Origin: Deltaproteobacteria bacterium | GTDB lineage: Bacteria > Desulfobacterota > Desulfobacteria > Desulfobacterales > SpSt-501 | Length of the DNA stretch: 64,000 nt | Assembly (NCBI GenBank): GCA_016219005.1 | Contig: JACRCN010000055.1 | Span: 1,535 to 65,534, forward strand | Direction of reading: 5' to 3' | In this document: one piece after another, positions 58,101 to 64,000 of the stretch | Layout: the number at the start of each line of letters is the position of its first letter | How positions within the stretch are numbered: the first letter of the stretch is position 1 | The notes under the pieces: model-generated | What the model was told of the DNA's origin: nothing | Databases searched by the model: none | Seen by the model: only the letters and a program-made list of their open reading frames with translations | Translations under genes and position numbers: made by a program

Positions 58101-58658
58101 ATGAGCACACCCCGGCCGCCGCAGCCTGCCAAGCTGGTCGTCGGGTTCTTGCTGAGGGACAAGAAGCTTCTCCCAGTGCTGGCCGCCGCGCTCGAAGATC
58201 GGTTCGGGCCGGTGGCGCTGGTAAGCCCATGGATGCCGTTCGGTTACACGGACTACTACGAAACGGAGATGGGCGCACCCCTGTTCCGGCGCGTTCTGGC
58301 CTTCCGGGACATGGTGGGCCAGGACGGGCTCGCGCGGATCAAGCGGGCGACCAACGCGATCGAGCAGGCTCACATGATGGAGGGCCGGCGGCGGGTGAAC
58401 ATCGACCCCGGCTATCTCCTACTGGAGCGCTTTGTGCTGGCCACCGGGAAAAATTACAGTCACCGGATTTACATCGGCGAGGGCATCTACGCCGAGCTGA
58501 CGCTGGTCTTTGAGCGCGGTGCCTTTCGTCCGCTGCCCTGGACCTACCCGGACTACGCCGACCGGCCGCTGCGCGATTTTCTGCAGCGCGTGCGTGACCA
58601 ATACGCCGGCGACCTCAAACGAGAATCCCCCGGCGGTCGGGGGCGGGAGAATGGCTGA
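58101..58658 (+). CDS. DUF4416 family protein
   Basis: PAKLVVGFL...PWMPFGYTDYYETEMG...NIDPGYL...LVLATGKNYSHRIY. Confidence 0.75.
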   Translation: MSTPRPPQPAKLVVGFLLRDKKLLPVLAAALEDRFGPVALVSPWMPFGYTDYYETEMGAPLFRRVLAFRDMVGQDGLARIKRATNAIEQAHMMEGRRRVNIDPGYLLLERFVLATGKNYSHRIYIGEGIYAELTLVFERGAFRPLPWTYPDYADRPLRDFLQRVRDQYAGDLKRESPGGRGRENG

Positions 58659-58661
58659 GCC

Positions 58662-59543
58662 ATGATCAAGAGCATGACCGGTTTCGCATCGGCCGCCGCT
58701 ACCGCGGGGAACATCGCGGTGGCGGTCGAGATGCGCACCTACAACAGCCGGAACCTGGACCTGTCCCTGCGGGTCAACCCGGGCGACTCCGGCCTCGAGG
58801 AGCGCATTCGGGCCCTGCTCTCCGGCCGCCTGGTGCGGGGGCGGGTCGAGGTCAAGATCCAGGTTGAAATCAGCGTGGACGACGCCGCCCGGGTTGAGGT
58901 GGACGTAACCCGAGCGCGGGCCCTCATGGCAGTGCTGAAGCGGCTGCAGGCAGATCTTGGGCTCGACGGCGCACCCTCCTTGGATCTCTTGATGGCCTGC
59001 GGCGGTATTTTGAAAAACGCGGCGCCGGAGACGGACGTCGAACGCGTCTGGCCCACCCTGGAGGCCTGTCTCACACAGGCTCTCGGCGAATTAGACGCCA
59101 TGCGCAGCCGCGAGGGCAGGTACCTCGCGCAAGACCTGGACGCGCGGCTCGACCGCATCGAAGGCGCTTTGAAAGAGATCACGGACAACGCCGCCGGGCT
59201 GACGGCCATCTACCAGGAGCGGCTGAGGGAGCGCATCGCAACCCTGACCCAGGGGCTCGTGGAGATCGATCATGCCCGCCTGGCCCAAGAGGTCGCCTTC
59301 CTGGCGGAGCGGTCCGACATATCGGAGGAACTTGTGCGGGCCGAGAGCCACATCCGGCAGTTCCGCAGCATCATGGCCGCACCGGAGGCCGGGGGTCGGA
59401 AACTGAATTTTCTGCTGCAGGAGCTCAACCGCGAATTCAACACGATGGGCTCCAAGATCGGAAGCGCCGACGTGGCGCATGCGGTCGTGGACGTGAAGTC
59501 CGAGCTCGAGAAGATCCGAGAGCAGGTTCAAAACATCGAATGA
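58662..59543 (+). CDS. yicC: YicC family stress-induced protein
   Basis: MIKSMTGFA... N-terminus. C-terminus EINTIGSK-like ([10 protein letters not shown]...[15 protein letters not shown]). Confidence 0.9.
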   Translation: MIKSMTGFASAAATAGNIAVAVEMRTYNSRNLDLSLRVNPGDSGLEERIRALLSGRLVRGRVEVKIQVEISVDDAARVEVDVTRARALMAVLKRLQADLGLDGAPSLDLLMACGGILKNAAPETDVERVWPTLEACLTQALGELDAMRSREGRYLAQDLDARLDRIEGALKEITDNAAGLTAIYQERLRERIATLTQGLVEIDHARLAQEVAFLAERSDISEELVRAESHIRQFRSIMAAPEAGGRKLNFLLQELNREFNTMGSKIGSADVAHAVVDVKSELEKIREQVQNIE

Positions 59544-59613
59544 CGAACGCGGTCGGGCCCCGGTGGCGGAGTGGGCCGGCGCAGCGGCGTTCGCGCGCGG
59601 GAACGGAGGCAGG

Positions 59614-59871
59614 ATGGAGCAGGCGTTGCTCAACATCGGTTTCGGCAGCACCGTGGTTTCGGAACGGGTCGTGGCGATCGTCTCTCCGAACTCCGCACCG
59701 ATGAAGCGCCTGAAGGACGAGGCCCGCGAGGACCGGCGGCTCATCGACGCTACCCACGGCCGCCGGACTCGGTCCATCATCATTCTGGACAGCAATCACG
59801 TCGTCCTTTCCGCCATTCAAGCCGAGACGATCTCCCAGCGCTTCGCGCTGCTCAAAGAAGCCTCCGAGTAG
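59614..59871 (+). CDS. remA: RemA/DUF370 family regulator
   Basis: [29 protein letters not shown]...[24 protein letters not shown]. Confidence 0.9.
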   Translation: MEQALLNIGFGSTVVSERVVAIVSPNSAPMKRLKDEAREDRRLIDATHGRRTRSIIILDSNHVVLSAIQAETISQRFALLKEASE

Positions 59872-59874
59872 CGT

Positions 59875-60498
59875 ATGGACCGCGTTCTCCCCTCGACCCG
59901 ACAGCGCCTCACCGCGCCGGCGCCCGCGGCGTCGCGAAAAGCCTTTATCTTCATCATCTCCGCCCCGTCGGGTGCCGGAAAGACCACTCTGCGCAAGGCT
60001 GCGCTCGCGGTGTTTACGGACATGCGATACTCAGTGTCCTTCACCACCCGGCCCCCCCGGCCCGGCGAGGAAAACGGACGGGACTACATGTTTGTCACGG
60101 CACCGGAGTTCGAAGCGGGGATTCGCGGTGGACGCTGGGCGGAGTGGGCCCGGGTGCACGGCAACTATTATGGCACCTCCGCTGACGTTCTGGCGCAGTC
60201 TCTGGAATCCGGCTGCGACATCCTGCTCGACATCGACGTGCAGGGCGCGCGGCAGATCTGCGCCCGCTTTCCGGAGAGCGTCACGATTTTCATCATGCCG
60301 CCCTCCCTGGAGGTGTTGCGGCGGCGGCTGGTGTTGAGAGGCACGGATCGCCCGGAGGTGATCGCCATGCGGATAGAGAACGCCGGGCGGGAAATGGCGC
60401 AGCGGGACGTTTACCGCCACGTCGTCGTGAACGATGACCTCGAAACAGCGATCACGGAATTGATTCACATCATTGATTCTTATCGACATGGCGGCTGA
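59875..60498 (+). CDS. gmk: guanylate kinase
   Basis: ISAPSGAGKTT, TTRPPRPGEENGRDY. Confidence 0.95.
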   Translation: MDRVLPSTRQRLTAPAPAASRKAFIFIISAPSGAGKTTLRKAALAVFTDMRYSVSFTTRPPRPGEENGRDYMFVTAPEFEAGIRGGRWAEWARVHGNYYGTSADVLAQSLESGCDILLDIDVQGARQICARFPESVTIFIMPPSLEVLRRRLVLRGTDRPEVIAMRIENAGREMAQRDVYRHVVVNDDLETAITELIHIIDSYRHGG

Positions 60499-60522
60499 TT
60501 TGAAGAACGGTTCAGCGGTCAG

Positions 60523-61353
60523 GTGCCGAACAACGGCAGATGTTCGGCGGAGGATCGGGTCCGATTGAAGATAGAGGTTCTGTACGGCATCCATCCCGTG
60601 AAAGAAGCCTTGGCCGCGGGCCGGCGTGAGATTTTCGAGGTCTGCCTGGCCACCGGCAAAGGCTCGCCGCGCGGGGATGCCCTGCGCCAGGAGGCCGAAT
60701 CCCGGGGAGTGCCGGTGCGGGAGGTTCTCCCCGCGCAGCTCACATCCATGGCGGGAACGGGATCCCACCAAGGGTTCGCCGCGCGGGTTTCTGCCTTCGT
60801 CTGCGAGGATCTGGCCGCCGTCTGGCCGGCGGCCGACAGCACCGGCTCGGTGTTGTTCCTGGCGCTGGACAGCATTCAGGACCCCCACAATCTCGGCGCG
60901 TTGCTGCGGACCGCCCTGTGCGCCGGGGTTCAGGCAGTCCTTGTCCCGAAGGATCGCTCCGCGCCGCCCACGCCGGCGGTGTCCCGTGTTTCCGCAGGAG
61001 CGCTAGAGCACACCCGTCTGGTGCAGGTGACGAACCTGGTGCGAAGCCTCGAGCTCGTCAAGGCCCGCGGCCCCTGGGTGGTCGGCCTGGAGCGGGAGGC
61101 GCGGGCCAGCGTGTTCAGCACGGACTGGACGATGCCTCTGGTGCTGGTGGTCGGAGGGGAAGGCAGGGGCATGCGGCCGCTCGTCAAGAAAACCTGCGAT
61201 CTGCGGGTGTCCATTCCGCAGGCCGGACCGCTCGACTCGCTCAATGCTTCGGTGGCCGCCGCGGTCACTCTGTACGAGATCTTCCGACAGAGGCGGGCAG
61301 CGGACCGGCAGCAATCAAAAAACGATCGGTCGGATGGCCGCGGTTTGCAATAG
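60523..61353 (+). CDS. rlmB: SpoU/TrmH-family rRNA 2'-O-methyltransferase (RlmB-like)
   Basis: YGIHPVKEAL, DSIQDPHNLGALLRTA, VVGGEGRGMRP, SLNASVAAAVTLYE. The exact start is uncertain. Confidence 0.85.
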   Translation: MPNNGRCSAEDRVRLKIEVLYGIHPVKEALAAGRREIFEVCLATGKGSPRGDALRQEAESRGVPVREVLPAQLTSMAGTGSHQGFAARVSAFVCEDLAAVWPAADSTGSVLFLALDSIQDPHNLGALLRTALCAGVQAVLVPKDRSAPPTPAVSRVSAGALEHTRLVQVTNLVRSLELVKARGPWVVGLEREARASVFSTDWTMPLVLVVGGEGRGMRPLVKKTCDLRVSIPQAGPLDSLNASVAAAVTLYEIFRQRRAADRQQSKNDRSDGRGLQ

Positions 61354-62158
61354 GATGGGCCTCCTGGCGCGGTGGGCCACCTCGGCCTGGGCGGCCTGCC
61401 GTGAGGCTGTTTTTCCGCCGCGGTGCCTGGAATGCGCAGAGTTCCTGCCTCCCGCGCCCGCTGAAGGCCTGCCCGCTGCCTCGGCAGCGGCGGACGTGCT
61501 GCGGCTGCTGGGGCTCCATTTCTGCTCCGGGTGTCTGCAGGGGGTCATCCGCATGGGGCATCCGCTCTGTCCCGGGTGCGGTGTGATGTTCAAAGGCGGG
61601 GTGGGCGAGGACCATTTGTGCGGCCGTTGCCTCGAAACGCCGCCGCCGTTTCACATGGCCCGGGCCGCATTCGTCTACGGCCAGTCGCTGGTTGACGTGA
61701 TCCACTGCTTCAAGTACAAGGGCAAGACCCAGCTGGCCCGGCCGCTCGGTGTGCTCCTGTTCGAGGCTTTTGAGCGCTACTGGGGGCGTGCGCCGGTGGA
61801 CATGGTGCTGCCGGTGCCCCTGCATCGCCGGCGTCTCAAGGAGCGGGGCTTCAACCAGGCGCTGCTGCTCGTCCGCCGGTGGCCCCTGCGGCCCGGGATG
61901 CCGAAGGTGCCGGTGGACACGCATGTGCTGTGGCGTGCCAGGGCTACGGCGCCCCAGGCCGGACTCGGCCGCCGCGGGCGCCAGGCGAACATCGCCGGTG
62001 CGTTTGCGCTACGGCACCCCGAGCGGGTTGCGGGCCGGCACATCCTGTTGGTGGATGATGTCATCACCACCGGGGCGACCGCCGGAGAGTGCGCCCGACT
62101 GTTGTTGGAGAACGGCGCGGCCCGGGTGGATGTGCTGGCGCTGGCGCGGGTGATCTAA
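61334..62158 (+). CDS. comF: ComF family protein (phosphoribosyltransferase domain)
   Basis: N-terminal Cys-rich zinc-finger-like region. HILLVDDVITTGAT. Start taken at MAAVCN, overlapping the rlmB 3' end. Confidence 0.8.
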   Translation: MAAVCNRMGLLARWATSAWAACREAVFPPRCLECAEFLPPAPAEGLPAASAAADVLRLLGLHFCSGCLQGVIRMGHPLCPGCGVMFKGGVGEDHLCGRCLETPPPFHMARAAFVYGQSLVDVIHCFKYKGKTQLARPLGVLLFEAFERYWGRAPVDMVLPVPLHRRRLKERGFNQALLLVRRWPLRPGMPKVPVDTHVLWRARATAPQAGLGRRGRQANIAGAFALRHPERVAGRHILLVDDVITTGATAGECARLLLENGAARVDVLALARVI

Positions 62159-62159
62159 C

Positions 62160-62648
62160 ATGGATCTGTTCTCCAAAATAAAAGCATGCAGCGAACTGGC
62201 GCCCATCCTCCGCGGCCTGAGGGCCAGCGGCAAGGTGGTGGTGTTCACGAACGGCTGCTTCGACCTGCTGCACGCGGGGCACGTGCGTTACCTGGAGGCG
62301 GCCCGACGGGAGGGTGATATCCTGGTGGTCGGCCTCAACTCGGACCGTTCCGTGCGGGACATCAAGGGCGACAAGCGACCCATCTTGCGCGAGCCGGAGC
62401 GGGCTGAGGTTCTGGCCGGCCTGGCGGCGGTGAATTATGTCGTGCGGTTTGACGAACCCGACCCCCTGCGCCTGATCACGGCACTGGCTCCGGATGTGCT
62501 CGTGAAAGGCGGCGATTGGCCCGAAGAAGCGATCATCGGTGCGCAGGAGGTCAGGAACCGGGGGGGGCGGGTGGTGCGCATCCCAGTGATGGAAGGCGCG
62601 AGCACAAGCGCCGTCATCGCCCGCATTCTGGAACGCTACGGGGACTGA
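62160..62648 (+). CDS. rfaE2: D-glycero-beta-D-manno-heptose 1-phosphate adenylyltransferase
   Basis: VVFTNGCFDLLHAGHVRYLEAAR...LVVGLNSD. Confidence 0.9.
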   Translation: MDLFSKIKACSELAPILRGLRASGKVVVFTNGCFDLLHAGHVRYLEAARREGDILVVGLNSDRSVRDIKGDKRPILREPERAEVLAGLAAVNYVVRFDEPDPLRLITALAPDVLVKGGDWPEEAIIGAQEVRNRGGRVVRIPVMEGASTSAVIARILERYGD

Positions 62649-62697
62649 GGCGCGCCGACTCAGCGGGTCGGCCGGCTGAACGCGCAGGAGCACGACA

Positions 62698-63498
62698 TTG
62701 ATCCTCAGAAACAAAAACGGCTTGGCGTATTATCAGTTCGAGCACCTGGCCGCTTTCCCCGAAATTCAGCACGGCATCTTCACGCGGGGCGGCGGCCACA
62801 GCCAGGCGCCCTTCCACCGTCTGAACGTGAGTTTTGCGGTCGGCGACGACCCCGAGCACGTCGGGCGCAACCGTCAGCTGGTGGCCGGATGCATGGAGGG
62901 CAAGGATCTCGTCTTCGCCCACCAGGTCCACGGGGACACGGTGCGGGTCATCGACGGGGCGCCCGCGCCTGCGCCGGTTTCAGGCACTGCCGCGGCCCCG
63001 GTGGGCGATGCGATGGTGACCGATAGGACGGCGAAGCTTTTGGTGGTGCAGGTGGCGGATTGCCAGCCGATTCTGCTTTTCGATACCGGACGCCGTGTCG
63101 TCGCCAACATCCACTCGGGATGGCGCGGCAGTGTCGCCAATGTGGCGGGCCGCACCCTGCAGGTCATGCGGGAGCGTTTCGGGTGCTCGGGCCGGGACGT
63201 CCTGGCCGGGGTCGGGCCGTCGCTGGGACCCTGTTGCGCCGAATTCGTGAATTACCGCGACGAGATTCCCCGGGAGCTGTGGGGCTACCGGCGCAATTCG
63301 GTGTTTTTCGATTTCTGGGCCGTCACCCGCGACCAGTTGATTGCGGCCGGAGTTCCGGCCGAACACATCCAAGCCAGCGGGATTTGTACGAAGTGCCGCA
63401 CCGACCGGTTTTTTTCATACCGCGGCGAAAGGCGCACCGGCCGGTTTCCGGCGGTGATCGGCATTAGACAAAGCGCGCCGCGCGAGGCTCGAAGCTGA
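62698..63498 (+). CDS. pgeF: peptidoglycan editing factor PgeF (YfiH / laccase-domain protein)
   Basis: QVHGDTV, ADCQPILLFD, HSGWRG, CTKCRTDRFFSYR. Confidence 0.9.
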   Translation: MILRNKNGLAYYQFEHLAAFPEIQHGIFTRGGGHSQAPFHRLNVSFAVGDDPEHVGRNRQLVAGCMEGKDLVFAHQVHGDTVRVIDGAPAPAPVSGTAAAPVGDAMVTDRTAKLLVVQVADCQPILLFDTGRRVVANIHSGWRGSVANVAGRTLQVMRERFGCSGRDVLAGVGPSLGPCCAEFVNYRDEIPRELWGYRRNSVFFDFWAVTRDQLIAAGVPAEHIQASGICTKCRTDRFFSYRGERRTGRFPAVIGIRQSAPREARS

Positions 63499-63623
63499 AT
63501 TGCCCCACACTCGCAGGTGATCCAGGTCTTGGCTGCCGTGCTGCAAAATTGACGTTGACTTCGGACCGAGCCCGTGTTACGTGCTGTCGTCCAAACGAGG
63601 CCGCGCATCGGCACGCGGACCAT

Positions 63624-63851
63624 CCGACCTTCATGAAACGAGAAACCAGACAGGCGTGGCGGGAGCTCGCCTTTTTCAGCAGCCTCGGGTTCTCCGTGGC
63701 GCTGTCGGTTTTTATCGGGCTGGGAATCGGGGTGTTTCTGGATCGGTATTTCGACACATCCCCCTGGCTGATGTTGATCTTTCTATTGCTGGGAATAGCC
63801 GCCGGTTTTCGCAACATTGGGCTGGCGATTAAAAAGAGCCGCAAACTCTGA
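63624..63851 (+). CDS. AtpZ/AtpI-family small membrane protein
   Basis: Two TM helices. Its position upstream of an AtpI-like ORF suggests the start of an atp operon. Confidence 0.7.
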   Translation, partial: PTFMKRETRQAWRELAFFSSLGFSVALSVFIGLGIGVFLDRYFDTSPWLMLIFLLLGIAAGFRNIGLAIKKSRKL

Positions 63852-63877
63852 TACGCCGGTCCGACCGTGCTGAGGTC

Positions 63878-64000
63878 GTGCAAGTTCAGGAACGCATACT
63901 GAAATTCGTTACCCGTGCCAACTGGGTGCTTTTTGCAGGAGCCACGGTGGCGGGGTTTGCATTTGCCGCGACCGATTTTGCACTGGGCATTTTCTTCGGC
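63878..64000 (+). CDS. ATP synthase subunit I-like protein, 5' partial (runs off the window)
   Basis: GTG start after a GAGG SD. Hydrophobic VLFAGATVAGFAFAATDFALGIFFG. Confidence 0.45.
   Translation, partial: MQVQERILKFVTRANWVLFAGATVAGFAFAATDFALGIFFG

Overview
This is a 64-kb chromosomal window from a GC-rich Gram-negative bacterium. Hand counts give 38/60 G+C at 7021-7080 against 16/60 at 1861-1920. The gene content suggests a Desulfobacterota/deltaproteobacterial host, but that is inference only: RemA/DUF370, DUF4416, PilZ, two LIV-type ABC operons, a DHH-CBS-poly(A)-polymerase fusion and BamA-Skp-FabZ. Roughly 6.5-31 kb and 41.3-64 kb are ordinary core genome. They carry two branched-chain-type ABC importers (one coupled to two amidohydrolases), HU, a PBP, gdhA, groES/EL, scpAB, trpS, pilC plus a PilS-like kinase, lysS, lolED, bamA-skp-fabZ, yicC-remA-gmk, rlmB, comF, rfaE2, pgeF and the start of an atp operon. 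Two accessory patches stand out. (i) 0-6.5 kb is a compositional mosaic. It contains a strongly AT-rich island (about 1.44-5.5 kb) whose main gene is a ~1,010-aa protein fusing an Hsp70-like ATPase to an autoinhibited-type Fic (AMPylase) domain. The gene has a displaced Hsp70 phosphate-1 hairpin and an A8 slippery tract at its 5' end, and is preceded by a promoter-plus-terminator leader. A small PD-(D/E)xK-like gene and a truncated thermonuclease follow it. This is my best candidate for an undescribed conflict/defence module. (ii) 31.6-41.3 kb, next to tRNA-Val(CAC), is another mosaic. It holds an OmpA/TSP3 lipoprotein, an ExeA-like ATPase, (D/E)RR-repeat small proteins, a GNAT, gene fragments and two families of ~110-175-bp direct repeats. 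I saw no rRNA, CRISPR array, integrase or classical IS. Many long ORFs in the supplied track are antisense or off-frame artefacts of high GC.
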